Of a DNA stretch of 64,000 bases, positions 8,895 to 17,935 are shown piece by piece. The notes below the pieces were generated by a model. It did no database searches. It saw nothing but the letters and a program-made list of their open reading frames with translations, and was not told the DNA's origin. The stretch is from a virus (taxonomy: Duplodnaviria; Heunggongvirae; Uroviricota; Caudoviricetes): the IMG/VR virus record IMGVR_UViG_3300029746_000001. One strand, given 5' to 3'. The translations under genes and the position numbers were made by a program. Within the stretch, counting starts at the first letter, position 1, and every line of letters starts with the position of its first letter.

Positions 8895-9767
8895 ATGGCA
8901 AGAGTAGATAAAATATTTCAAGACAATTTGGCTCTTATAATGAGCCAGCCGTGGGAAGAAGTGAAGCGTCCGGTCTACGGTGACGGGACAGGCGTAAAGG
9001 TGAAGCGTATCCTACAAGTATGTAACCAGTACGATCTTCGTCGGGAATTTCCTCTTGGTTCACTTAGACCTACTAATCTTAAAAATTCCATAAAAGAAAT
9101 ATTGTGGATTTGGCAAAAAAGATCGGTAGACATCAAAGAACTTGGTCTCCATATCTGGGATCAGTGGGCTGATGATAATGGAAAGATCGAAGGATGTTAT
9201 GGAGATATGGTGAACAGACATGTTTATATGGGAACCGGAAAAGCTCCAGATGGTATGACAGATATCCATGATGGTCTTTACGGTTTTCTTAACCAAACAG
9301 ACTTAATTCTTTGGTCACTCAAGAATGATCGTTCGTCAAGAAGAATAGTAGCATCCATGTTCGATCCTGAAACCAATGGACTAAAACCTCTTCAAGAATG
9401 TGCGTTTCAGATCAATTTATCTGTTAAAGGAGATGAGTTGTATATGACGCTTTATCAGCGCAGCCAGGATATGATTACAGCTTCTTACTGGAATGTAGCT
9501 CAATATGCGGCGTTGATGATGATGTTCGCTCACGACGCCGGGTTAAGGCCCGCAGTTTTCACTCATTTTATACAAGATATGCATGTGTATGACCGTCACG
9601 AAGAACAGGCAAACGAGCTCCTCCGTCGCTCTCTCTTCGGCCCGGTTCCGCAGGTTACTATCTCGTCCCGTATGGAAGGGAAAGGGTTTTATGATTTTGT
9701 AGCTGATGATTTTGAGGTATGGAATTATGAACCGAAGGAGCAAATAAAATTTGAGATTGCGAAATGA
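8895..9767 (+). CDS. thyA: Thymidylate synthase family enzyme (ThyA-like; a dUMP/dCMP hydroxymethylase is not excluded)
   Basis: IWDQWADDNG aligns with IWDEWADENG, LKNDRSSRRIVASMFD with LKNDPDSRRIIVSAWN, and YQRSQDM...WNVAQYAAL with YQRSCDV...FNIASYALL (E. coli ThyA from memory). The catalytic Cys is present (ECAFQ) and HVY is retained. Confidence 0.75.
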   Translation: MARVDKIFQDNLALIMSQPWEEVKRPVYGDGTGVKVKRILQVCNQYDLRREFPLGSLRPTNLKNSIKEILWIWQKRSVDIKELGLHIWDQWADDNGKIEGCYGDMVNRHVYMGTGKAPDGMTDIHDGLYGFLNQTDLILWSLKNDRSSRRIVASMFDPETNGLKPLQECAFQINLSVKGDELYMTLYQRSQDMITASYWNVAQYAALMMMFAHDAGLRPAVFTHFIQDMHVYDRHEEQANELLRRSLFGPVPQVTISSRMEGKGFYDFVADDFEVWNYEPKEQIKFEIAK

Positions 9768-10066
9768 AAATAAGCATAGATAGAAGAGCCAAAATGATTC
9801 CTATTATGGAAATCAGTGCCGGAGATGAAGTTAATATCGGAGGCTTTGATTATGTTGTTGAAAACATAATTCCATGTAGGAAAGGATCTTATTCAGATAC
9901 GTATGGAATTAGGTTGGTCATGTCTTCTTACAAACATGGCCAACTTGTAAGGAAAGTAGATAGTGTTTTTTCTATCGATTCTATTTTAGTATTTCTCCCT
10001 AAAGGAGATTCTGTTGTAGTAGAGTGCTCTTATAGAGAGCTGGAAGAATGTTTCCCTAAAATATGA
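9764..10066 (+). CDS. Hypothetical protein, 100 aa
   Basis: ORF track; ATGA start/stop overlap. Confidence 0.45.
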   Translation: MKISIDRRAKMIPIMEISAGDEVNIGGFDYVVENIIPCRKGSYSDTYGIRLVMSSYKHGQLVRKVDSVFSIDSILVFLPKGDSVVVECSYRELEECFPKI

Positions 10067-10070
10067 TGTA

Positions 10071-10319
10071 ATGACAGGAGAAGACAAATGTAACCGATGC
10101 GAGCAGTTTGGACCGAACGGTCTCACTGATTACCCATGTAAAAGGATTCCATCAAGGAACTGTCCTTGGTTTATTAAAATATCGGATAAGAAATATAAGA
10201 AGATTCTTGCCGATAGGGTGAAAAGAATTAAGGAGAATGAGAAACTTAAGCAGGAAATGATGAAAGATCAGGATCTTGTTGAAGAAGTAAAACAAAATAC
10301 GAAAAGATTAATGCAATGA
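10071..10319 (+). CDS. Hypothetical protein, 82 aa, with a Cys-rich N-terminus and a basic C-terminus
   Basis: ORF track. Confidence 0.45.
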   Translation: MTGEDKCNRCEQFGPNGLTDYPCKRIPSRNCPWFIKISDKKYKKILADRVKRIKENEKLKQEMMKDQDLVEEVKQNTKRLMQ

Positions 10320-10744
10320 AAAATATAAAATCAGAAGAAGTGGAAGTCGTTATTCCTAAAGAAGTAGAAACTATTAACATATGTGGAGATATCAATGGTT
10401 TTATAAAACATATTATATATGTCAGCTTGGATAAGGTAAGTAGTGATAGGGCGTTTGTCAATAACGATATTCTGTATATGGTTACATACGCCTCTATAAA
10501 AGGTAAAAATATACCCGTTGGTGTATTAGCAAAACAAAAGAATGCTAAGACAGAAGATATCGCTATGCCGTTTGAGGATATTGGAAGGGATGTAAATGTT
10601 GTGTATCCTATTGAAATAGGAAAGAAGTTTAAAGGGTTTTACATTCTTAGTAATGGTGCTGTGGCTATCGATTACGAACTTACAGACAATGGAGGCTTTG
10701 AAAATGACGATAGCATTGGTAAAGTCGACATGAATTTAAATTAG
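10316..10744 (+). CDS. Hypothetical protein, 142 aa
   Basis: ORF track. Confidence 0.45.
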   Translation: MKNIKSEEVEVVIPKEVETINICGDINGFIKHIIYVSLDKVSSDRAFVNNDILYMVTYASIKGKNIPVGVLAKQKNAKTEDIAMPFEDIGRDVNVVYPIEIGKKFKGFYILSNGAVAIDYELTDNGGFENDDSIGKVDMNLN

Positions 10745-10750
10745 CGTGTT

Positions 10751-11284
10751 ATGGTACTATATATAGCAGCAGATCCAGGAAAAGATGGAGCTATAGCCTG
10801 CATCGATCAAGACAGCAAACTAATATCAAGAATCTCCACTCCAAGAATATCAGCTTCAGGGCCGGTAGACTTGACTAAAGAATATGTTTTTTGCCGGGAT
10901 ACGATCGTAGAAAACAATCCTGATAGGGTAGTGTTTGTCATAGAGGACGTCCACGCACTGTACGGGGTCAGCACGTCCTCTACAGCCTCCCTCATGGAGA
11001 ACAAAGGCCAACTGCATGGGCTGTTCCTCTCCCTCTGTATGGCATTTACGGACATAAGTTGTTCCGTTAATTTCATAGCCCCTAAAACATGGCAGAAATT
11101 GGTTTGGACGCATTCTGATAAGGTCATGGAGGCCAGTAAGGTAAATACTAAGAAAACGTCATTGGCTTGCGCTAAAAGGCTGTGGCCAAACGATACGTTC
11201 GTTAAAAACGAAAGATGTAAGACAGCCCATGACGGTATAGTTGACGCGATGCTTATAGCAGAAGCAGCAAGAAGAAGTATTTAA
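10751..11284 (+). CDS. RuvC-like Holliday-junction resolvase
   Basis: LYIAADPGKDGAIACID (DPG motif I), VFVIEDVH (acidic motif) and HDGIVDAMLIAEAARR at the C-terminus, as in the RuvC DAADA motif. Confidence 0.55.
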   Translation: MVLYIAADPGKDGAIACIDQDSKLISRISTPRISASGPVDLTKEYVFCRDTIVENNPDRVVFVIEDVHALYGVSTSSTASLMENKGQLHGLFLSLCMAFTDISCSVNFIAPKTWQKLVWTHSDKVMEASKVNTKKTSLACAKRLWPNDTFVKNERCKTAHDGIVDAMLIAEAARRSI

Positions 11285-11338
11285 TCTATTTTAAATCATT
11301 TTAAATCCAATTAATTCGTAATTAGATTTTAAAATAAT

Positions 11339-11346
11339 ACATTTGC
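11339..11346 (+). promoter_or_regulatory. -7 box TAcaTTTG
   Basis: Matches TAnnTTTG about 35 nt before ATG 11381. Confidence 0.35.
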
Positions 11347-11380
11347 AGTGTTAGATAGTCATAATCGTAAGTTTTAAAAA

Positions 11381-12490
11381 ATGAAAGTAAGAGTTCCTGG
11401 CATACTAATGAATGAGAAACTTTCAAACATTTCAAAGATGTTTGATAAGGTTCTAAAGGATTGTGTCACATCGAATATAAAAATTACTTTATATTTTGAT
11501 CATATCCGGATACAAGCCATGAACGAACGTATAACATATACGGATGATATTTTCGATGTGAATACTGATATTTCTTGTGACCATAAGTTTTCTTTTTTAG
11601 TAGATGCAGGGACTCTTATTTCGTTTTTTAAAAATCATAACCAGGATATAGAGATAGAGATTAAAAACGATTACAGTATCGTTTTTAAATACGATAGAGG
11701 ATCTTTTTCTTCTACTTGGATTGAGGATAAGGCTTTCCCTGATTTCTTTTATCCTGTAGGTGACGGTATTCGTGTTATAAGCTCGTCTTTCATTCAGTCT
11801 ATGAAAAGATCTTTTGCGTTTGTTGGATCGGATGAATTTAGACCGGCTATATGCTCGATTCTTCTTAATGTGAAGAAGGATTATATTGACATTGTTTCTA
11901 CTGATATGTTCCGTCTGTTTATAAATAGGAAAGAATGTTCTAATGCATTAGAAGAAAGGTCAATTATGATAAGTGAGGTTGCAGCTTCTATCTTGTACCG
12001 TTTTCTATCTGATAAAGATACGGAGATCAGTATTTCCACAGATGGCGTTAGGACGTTCTTATGCTTTGATAATGTGATTATATCGGATATGAACGTAGAG
12101 CAACAGTATCCTAACTACGAATACGTATGTAGCAAATTCGAAAAATCGTCGAGAGTTAAGTTTGACCGGGATTTACTTATATCGGTTCTTAATTCCATGA
12201 CTTTGGTGGATAATGTTGTTAATGTCAAGGTAGATAAAGAAAACGGCATAACGGTAATGTCTGAGGATTTTGGAAATAGAAAAAAGATAATGGAATCAAT
12301 GCCTTTTAATGCGCTTGAGGGCCCGTGTTTTAATTTTTCTATCGGTAAGGAAAATATACTGTCTTCCGTAAAATCACTTATAAAAGGAGATACTGTCATG
12401 GATTGGTCTGATCAGTATAAGATGATAAAGATGTTCAATCCTAAATACGAATCAACATACGTCTTAAATCAAACATTGTATAATCTATAA
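11381..12490 (+). CDS. Hypothetical protein, 369 aa; size is compatible with a sliding clamp (DnaN-like)
   Basis: ORF track; length and position among replication and repair genes; no firm motif. Confidence 0.5.
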   Translation: MKVRVPGILMNEKLSNISKMFDKVLKDCVTSNIKITLYFDHIRIQAMNERITYTDDIFDVNTDISCDHKFSFLVDAGTLISFFKNHNQDIEIEIKNDYSIVFKYDRGSFSSTWIEDKAFPDFFYPVGDGIRVISSSFIQSMKRSFAFVGSDEFRPAICSILLNVKKDYIDIVSTDMFRLFINRKECSNALEERSIMISEVAASILYRFLSDKDTEISISTDGVRTFLCFDNVIISDMNVEQQYPNYEYVCSKFEKSSRVKFDRDLLISVLNSMTLVDNVVNVKVDKENGITVMSEDFGNRKKIMESMPFNALEGPCFNFSIGKENILSSVKSLIKGDTVMDWSDQYKMIKMFNPKYESTYVLNQTLYNL

Positions 12491-12502
12491 ACAATTAATA
12501 AT

Positions 12503-13450
12503 ATGGCTTTTAGAGAAAACAGAAGTTTTGGTACAACTTATTATTTGTATATTAATTCAGATGGTAACTTGTATGAAAAAAGTAACGAACCAAAAGAAGG
12601 TTTTGTTCAGCACATAAATCCTAATAGCGGTCAGCCGGCAGGATATTGGAAAGAGTATTATAATGGAGTAGTTGGGTACATCAACTACATCGGGTTAAAG
12701 TCAAGTACTTTCTCTAATGGAAATACTGTTACTAATTTCCTTATCGTATTAAAAGATTACGAGCTTAATGAAAACTATTGTATTTCCATACCTCTCGTCA
12801 ATCAAAAAGGAAATATCAAGGGCTTTGTTAAGAGCTTCGTAAAATACTACGAAAACATCGATTTCAGTCGTGAAATTTATTTCAATGTCTTTAAGAAGAA
12901 GAAAGATGACGAGTTTGGATCTTCGGAGCTTATTATCGCATATGCCGGAGTAGACGGAGAAGAAGATCAGCTTGTTGAACGTTTTTATAAAAAAGGCGTA
13001 AATGGTTGGCCTGACCCTGTTGAAGTTACAGGATTTGATGGCAAGAAAAGCCTCGATTATTCAGCTCAAAACAACTTTACTTATCAGAAGATTACTGAAT
13101 ATTCAAACAGGTTCAATGCTTCTATTAAAGACATCAGAGCCGGTATAATGGCTAAATTAGGTTTAGGAGGAAATACTCAGCAAGAGCCTACAGCTCCTCA
13201 GACTTATACCCAGCAGCCGGCCGAGCCTCAACAGGTTCAACAACCTCAGTCTGTTTCGAGTGCTATTCCGTATCAAAATTACCAACAGCCTGCTCAACAG
13301 CCAGCACAGTATCAGGCACCGGCTCAGCCTGCTGCACCTGCCCAGGCGCCTACTACAAGGAGCACCAAGCCTCAGCATCAGACGCAGCCACAGCCGCAAG
13401 CACAGATGCCGAACTTCCCTCCTATGGAAGAAGATGACCTTCCATTTTAA
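12503..13450 (+). CDS. SSB-like protein with a Q/P-rich linker and an acidic C-terminal tip MEEDDLPF
   Basis: The C-terminal tail resembles the DDDIPF of bacterial SSB and is preceded by a low-complexity QP linker; the N-terminal domain is not recognisably OB-fold. Confidence 0.45.
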   Translation: MAFRENRSFGTTYYLYINSDGNLYEKSNEPKEGFVQHINPNSGQPAGYWKEYYNGVVGYINYIGLKSSTFSNGNTVTNFLIVLKDYELNENYCISIPLVNQKGNIKGFVKSFVKYYENIDFSREIYFNVFKKKKDDEFGSSELIIAYAGVDGEEDQLVERFYKKGVNGWPDPVEVTGFDGKKSLDYSAQNNFTYQKITEYSNRFNASIKDIRAGIMAKLGLGGNTQQEPTAPQTYTQQPAEPQQVQQPQSVSSAIPYQNYQQPAQQPAQYQAPAQPAAPAQAPTTRSTKPQHQTQPQPQAQMPNFPPMEEDDLPF

Positions 13451-13496
13451 TATAAACATCAGCCCAGGAGAATAACATCTCTTGGGCTTTTAAAGA

Positions 13497-13754
13497 TTGT
13501 GTAGAATGATAGTAGAAATAGTTACAAGATTTCCCCTTATTAAACTTCGTAGGAAAGTGACAGAAGAAAGGATTATGGCGAAGCATGGGGATAAATTATG
13601 TATGATCTACTCAGAAACCAGAGAAAAATATAAGCAAGGAGATGAGTGGGTCGATGATCCTAATGATGCAGACATAAGTACTTTTCGTGAGTGCTATGAA
13701 TCAACGAAGGACATAAAAAAAGAAGGTATTGTTTATTGTACTATAAAAATATGA
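13497..13754 (+). CDS. Hypothetical protein, 85 aa
   Basis: ORF track. Confidence 0.4.
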   Translation: MCRMIVEIVTRFPLIKLRRKVTEERIMAKHGDKLCMIYSETREKYKQGDEWVDDPNDADISTFRECYESTKDIKKEGIVYCTIKI

Positions 13755-14407
13755 TTATGGATAAGTTAGAAGATATTGAAAGACTTCTTTATGAAAAAGA
13801 AGATAATAAGAAGGATACTGTTTCTGAAAAGAACAACAAACATAAAAAAGAGGATAAGGTCGTTAATAAAATACCTGAATCGTATTTGACTCCAGGTTAT
13901 CAGAAGACTGTGCAGGTAGGTATTAAGAAACTTTATCCTGATGTCGTGGCACCTGAATACAAACATGATGGTGATGCCTGTTGTGATATTCGTGCATATA
14001 GAGTAGTGAAGATGATGAATGACATGGGAGTAGAAATAGATGTTCCTTCCGATTTTGAATCAATTACCTTATATCAAGGTTATTCTGTTAGAATCGGAAC
14101 CGGCTTCAAGTTGAATATCCCAGAAGGATGGTGTGCGAATGTAGAAGGAAGATCAGGATTCTCTTTTGACGAGGGAGTGGTAGTTACTAACGCACCCGGT
14201 AAATGCGAATTTACCTACAAAGGAGAGTATATGGTTAATCTTACTAAAATCAATAAAAAACCGACCGTAATCCATAAAAACGATCGAATAGCTCAGATGG
14301 AAATCGTTCCACAATACAAAATGGTATTGGAAGAGGTGACAGATATTGAGGTAGAAGACGGAAATGAACGTGGAGAAAAAGGTCTTGGTAGTTCTGGAGT
14401 TAAGTAA
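13736..14407 (+). CDS. dut: dUTP diphosphatase (trimeric dUTPase) with a Lys-rich N-terminal extension
   Basis: Motifs HDGDACCDIRA, GRSGFSF, and NDRIAQMEIVP (the RIAQ motif). Confidence 0.7.
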   Translation: MYYKNMIMDKLEDIERLLYEKEDNKKDTVSEKNNKHKKEDKVVNKIPESYLTPGYQKTVQVGIKKLYPDVVAPEYKHDGDACCDIRAYRVVKMMNDMGVEIDVPSDFESITLYQGYSVRIGTGFKLNIPEGWCANVEGRSGFSFDEGVVVTNAPGKCEFTYKGEYMVNLTKINKKPTVIHKNDRIAQMEIVPQYKMVLEEVTDIEVEDGNERGEKGLGSSGVK

Positions 14408-14419
14408 TGTTTAAATATT

Positions 14420-15160
14420 TTGAAAATGAGCATGTTAGGTTTTACATTCATCACAGACAGCAAGCTGTCAATGTACAGGGAGAAAGCTATTAAATCCGAA
14501 AATCTTGCAAAAGAAATTGAGGAAATGCAGGATAAGGCTGATTTTTACAAGGAAAGGCTTTCCGAACTTAAGTCAGATATAGCTTCAAAGGATAAAGAGA
14601 TTTTATCTATTGGCAAAGATCTTTCTGAGTCTAAGGAAAAGATTGACGCCTTGAAGGAAAATCAGAAAAAGCTGATAAAAAGCGTCAAGAAGAAAACGGA
14701 AGAACTTGATGCGGCCAAGGCTGATCTTGACAAAGCTAAGTCCGATCTTGATGAGGCTAATTACAAAATCAGCAACTTGGAAGAAAAGAAAAACAGTATC
14801 TCATCTGAATTAAAAAAGAAATCAAATGCATTGATTGAAGCCGGGATCAGAATCGGAGATTTGGAAAACGAGGTTTCGGTTGGGTCCAAAACAATACAAG
14901 AGTTAGAATCGAAGCTGAAATTAACGCAAGTAGAATTAATAGGATACCAAATAGGTATAATCGGTAAAGACAAAAACGATTCCGCTGAGCCGGAATTGGA
15001 TAAAGATGAGGAGTCAGATAAGGATGTGGCAGAACCAGAGAAGTCTGATGTTGTTCCTGAGACGGATGTGATTCAGGAAGAAGCCGGTGATATTGTGGAG
15101 CCCGAAAACGAAGCTGAACGAGTAAAAGACACTAAAAAGAAGAAGAAAAAAAAGAAGTAG
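14420..15160 (+). CDS. Coiled-coil protein with a poly-Lys tail (KKKKKKKK)
   Basis: ORF track; heptad-like E/K/L composition. Confidence 0.45.
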   Translation: MKMSMLGFTFITDSKLSMYREKAIKSENLAKEIEEMQDKADFYKERLSELKSDIASKDKEILSIGKDLSESKEKIDALKENQKKLIKSVKKKTEELDAAKADLDKAKSDLDEANYKISNLEEKKNSISSELKKKSNALIEAGIRIGDLENEVSVGSKTIQELESKLKLTQVELIGYQIGIIGKDKNDSAEPELDKDEESDKDVAEPEKSDVVPETDVIQEEAGDIVEPENEAERVKDTKKKKKKKK

Positions 15161-15266
15161 GTATTTTAATCCTTTTTATATTTTAATGTTTGCCATATTA
15201 TGGGTTAGTACTTAACTTTGCGTTGAGAGAGTTTTTAGGATAATTATTAGTTAATATTTAGCTGTT

Positions 15267-15304
15267 ATATGCAGGCGTCTGTGAAGGCTCCTGCATATTT
15301 TTAA
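15267..15304 (+). terminator. Hairpin atatgcagg/cctgcatat followed by TTTTT
   Basis: 9 bp stem, 14 nt loop, T-run; located after gene 14420..15160. Confidence 0.45.
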
Positions 15305-15377
15305 GGTCCTGTAGCTTAGTGGTGAAAGCAAGATGCTCATAACATCGAGATCGTGGGTTCAAATCCCTCCGGGACCA
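15305..15377 (+). tRNA. tRNA-Met (anticodon CAT)
   Basis: Acceptor ggtcctg/cgggacc, D arm gctt-agtggtga-aagc, anticodon loop ctCATaa, T loop ttcaaat; a few non-WC pairs. Confidence 0.6.
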
Positions 15378-15378
15378 C

Positions 15379-15449
15379 TGTCCAATGGTGTAGTGGTAGC
15401 ACAACAGATTTTGGTTCTGTTAGCGGAAGTTCGATCCTTCCTTGGATAA
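15379..15449 (+). tRNA. tRNA-Gln (anticodon TTG)
   Basis: Acceptor tgtccaa/ttggata, anticodon stem acaga/tctgt with loop ttTTGgt, T arm ggaag-ttcgatc-cttcc. Confidence 0.6.
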
Positions 15450-15519
15450 CGATTAAGTCTTTTGTGGAAATGTTAATTATCTCAGTGTTTGCGGTGTGTG
15501 AACATAGCAAACATTAAAT

Positions 15520-15591
15520 GGCCCATTAGTTTAATGGATAAAACCTTTGAGTCCTAATCAAAAGTTGCCTGTTCGATTCAGGCATGGGCTA
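15520..15591 (+). tRNA. tRNA-Arg (anticodon CCT)
   Basis: Acceptor ggcccat/atgggct, anticodon stem tttga/tcaaa with loop gtCCTaa, T arm cctg-ttcgatt-cagg. Confidence 0.6.
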
Positions 15592-15594
15592 CAT

Positions 15595-15666
15595 GGCTTG
15601 TTGGATGAGTGGTTTAGTCAGGGGTCCGCAAAACCTCGTATGGCGGTTCGATTCCGCCACAAGCAT
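15595..15666 (+). tRNA. tRNA-like gene; non-canonical, possibly anticodon GCA with C33 and a 1-72 mismatch
   Basis: Clear T arm ggcgg-ttcgatt-ccgcc, acceptor gcttgt/acaagc, and anticodon stem ggggt/acctc with loop ccGCAaa. The D arm is weak. Confidence 0.35.
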
Positions 15667-15683
15667 CTAAAAAAAGTAAGACA

Positions 15684-16376
15684 ATGAACTACCCAGAGCA
15701 ACAAATGCTTAAGATCCTTAATAGGGATCTGTTAAGTAATCCGATGTATGTTATTAACAATCTCCATATATATGATTGGGAATCTGACTTCCTGGCCATA
15801 ACAAGATCATTGTACGCTTATGAAGTAGAGGTCAAGATGTCTAAACAAGATTTCTTTAACGACTTCAAAAAGGATAAAAAACATAAGGTTCTTAAAGACG
15901 GCATTATTAAGGTAGGTGGTGTCATAAGCTATCCTCCAAACTATTTCTACTACGCCTGTCCGCCTAATATGATTGACGTAAGTGAAGTCCCTTCTTATGC
16001 CGGGCTGATTTATGTCGATGTTAGTAAAAATAGGAAGAACGTCGTTAAGGTAGCACCTTTAATTCATAGACAGAAGTTTGATGTAGTGGGTAGGAAACTG
16101 GTGGATAAGTTTTACTACAATATGCTTACTTGGAAGAAAAGAGCTATTTCAAACGTGTATGCTGACCCAGCCAAGGAAAGAGAGAAAGGCGTGCGTGCCG
16201 GAGCTGAGGCTGTGAGGAAGTCGGCCTGGGATGCGTTCAGGGCGCAGTGCCCGCACATTGCTTTCCCCTATGGAAAAGAATTTCCGATGTGTGACGATCA
16301 CGAACAAGATCATCCCATGAGAGACTGCATACTTCAGTGTGAAAAAGGTAGAATATTTAAAAACAAATTAAAATGA
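15684..16376 (+). CDS. Hypothetical protein, 230 aa; possible PD-(D/E)XK nuclease
   Basis: D...EVK-like motif in WESDFLAITRSLYAYEVEVK; tentative. Confidence 0.45.
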   Translation: MNYPEQQMLKILNRDLLSNPMYVINNLHIYDWESDFLAITRSLYAYEVEVKMSKQDFFNDFKKDKKHKVLKDGIIKVGGVISYPPNYFYYACPPNMIDVSEVPSYAGLIYVDVSKNRKNVVKVAPLIHRQKFDVVGRKLVDKFYYNMLTWKKRAISNVYADPAKEREKGVRAGAEAVRKSAWDAFRAQCPHIAFPYGKEFPMCDDHEQDHPMRDCILQCEKGRIFKNKLK

Positions 16377-16642
16377 GCACCCCACGTGAATTAAGCAGGA
16401 TAGCTAATAGGATAGCCGGTAAGATGACTGATGATGGATGGGTCAGCCCCGGTAGGAAGAATCTTGTCTCCGATAAGAAGGTTATGGAATTAATAGATTT
16501 GATCTTTAATGAAATATGGAGGGAATTAGATGACGGGAAAAGAGTCCATATCAGAAAACAGATGATTTTAAAAAAGATTTTTGTCAGTAGGCAAAAAGAT
16601 AAATACTACATACAATGCATAGAAAAAAGGGGCGCCAAATAG
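16373..16642 (+). CDS. Hypothetical protein, 89 aa
   Basis: ORF track; ATGA overlap. Confidence 0.45.
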   Translation: MSTPRELSRIANRIAGKMTDDGWVSPGRKNLVSDKKVMELIDLIFNEIWRELDDGKRVHIRKQMILKKIFVSRQKDKYYIQCIEKRGAK

Positions 16643-16672
16643 ACGCACCTTTTCTTTTTCTGTAAGTAATTG

Positions 16673-17329
16673 TTATTTCATTACTTTCCTTACCAACTTA
16701 GAAACAGCTTGTGTGATAGTCCACCTGATGTTAGCATTAACATTGATAGTCTGAGGAGTACCGTTTGCATTCAAGTTGATTACCTCCTTGTCTATTTCCA
16801 AGAACGGATCACCTGCTGTCTGGGTAATAACCGTATTAGCTGTCTGACCACCAGCGGCCGTAACCTTAAGAGTATTTACCAGATCGTTTATATTAGTGTT
16901 CGCTGCAATACCGGAGAATACGATACTGAAATCAAAGCCCCCTGTTGCACCAGGGTCGTCGGCAATAACAGCGCCGTTGTTGGTAGCCTTGCCTGCTGCT
17001 TGATAGGAGGCTGGTATTTCCAGCGCCAGAGGATGAGACTCGTCTGGAGTTAAGGAGAACGTTAATTTAGTTGAGTTACTTGTACCGTTGATCGTTACAG
17101 TACCACCTCCTTTTCCTACTGATGCAGTAGGATCTATTTTTACAAACTCAGCTACCGCAGCTTGGTTTATGGTAGCACTTTTCTTAACACCACCGGATTC
17201 GGCACCAAATTCTACTTGTAACGTACGCCGTACACGACCTTCGTATTTTTCACCTGATACGGTAACCGCCTGATCACCATCACCTGATCCCGGATTGAAG
17301 GTTACAAAACCTATTTTCATTTCTGCCAT
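16673..17329 (-). CDS. Hypothetical Gly/Thr/Ala/Asn-rich protein, 218 aa; a lone minus-strand gene with its own promoter, possibly a virion or beta-rich structural protein
   Basis: ORF track; convergent with upstream genes; AT-rich promoter region 17330-17520 contains a minus-strand TAtaTTTG. Confidence 0.5.
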   Translation of the reverse strand: MAEMKIGFVTFNPGSGDGDQAVTVSGEKYEGRVRRTLQVEFGAESGGVKKSATINQAAVAEFVKIDPTASVGKGGGTVTINGTSNSTKLTFSLTPDESHPLALEIPASYQAAGKATNNGAVIADDPGATGGFDFSIVFSGIAANTNINDLVNTLKVTAAGGQTANTVITQTAGDPFLEIDKEVINLNANGTPQTINVNANIRWTITQAVSKLVRKVMK

Positions 17330-17360
17330 GACATTTATTTTTAATTGATTAAGATACCGA

Positions 17361-17368
17361 CAAATATA
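17361..17368 (-). promoter_or_regulatory. -7 box TAtaTTTG on the minus strand
   Basis: Plus-strand caaatata at 17361-17368. Confidence 0.35.
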
Positions 17369-17496
17369 TGATTATTTTTATTCTCTTACGTCATTGATTT
17401 ATTTTTATTAAATACGTAGTGCTATGTGCTATGGTTTTTTTTATCATATTTTAATCCTATTTATTTCTTCGCTGATTATTTATTATGTATGTTTGC

Positions 17497-17504
17497 AACA
17501 TCAA
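17497..17504 (+). promoter_or_regulatory. -7 box TAtgTTTG
   Basis: About 18 nt upstream of ATG 17522. Confidence 0.35.
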
Positions 17505-17521
17505 TATAAAATATTATAACC

Positions 17522-17935
17522 ATGAAAGTGGATTTTTTTAACAGTAAGGATTTTTTAGGATCTAAAACTAAAGAAAGCAAGATCCGGAAGTTGTCAATCA
17601 GCAAAAGTAAGATAATGACTATCTCTGTCTATAATTTGAATTGGATGGGGGTAACGGATGCGGTTGTTATCGGCTTAGAAGAAGGGAAGATATTTGAAGG
17701 AGTTGAAAATACGGTCTTTTATCTGGCTGCTTCTGATGTTGAAGACGAGAGATCGTTTAAGGTAAATAACCTTGGTGTAAAATACAAGAGGATTTACTTA
17801 AAAGACCTGCTCGATTATCTTGGATGGGATATAGGAGAAAATTCTTATGCTGTGTATGATATTATAAAAGAAGACAGTAATCTATTCCGTCTTCAGCTTA
17901 GGGTGATAAAAAAGAGTAGGAGTGAAAAATTATGA
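17522..17935 (+). CDS. Hypothetical protein, 137 aa
   Basis: ORF track. Confidence 0.45.
   Translation: MKVDFFNSKDFLGSKTKESKIRKLSISKSKIMTISVYNLNWMGVTDAVVIGLEEGKIFEGVENTVFYLAASDVEDERSFKVNNLGVKYKRIYLKDLLDYLGWDIGENSYAVYDIIKEDSNLFRLQLRVIKKSRSEKL

Noticed and set aside
13163-13475. ORFs 13163..13459 (minus) and 13260..13475 (plus) inside the SSB-like gene
   Set aside because: They arise from the low-complexity CAG/CCT-rich linker (the Q/P tail) being open in several frames. They are R/L-rich junk peptides.
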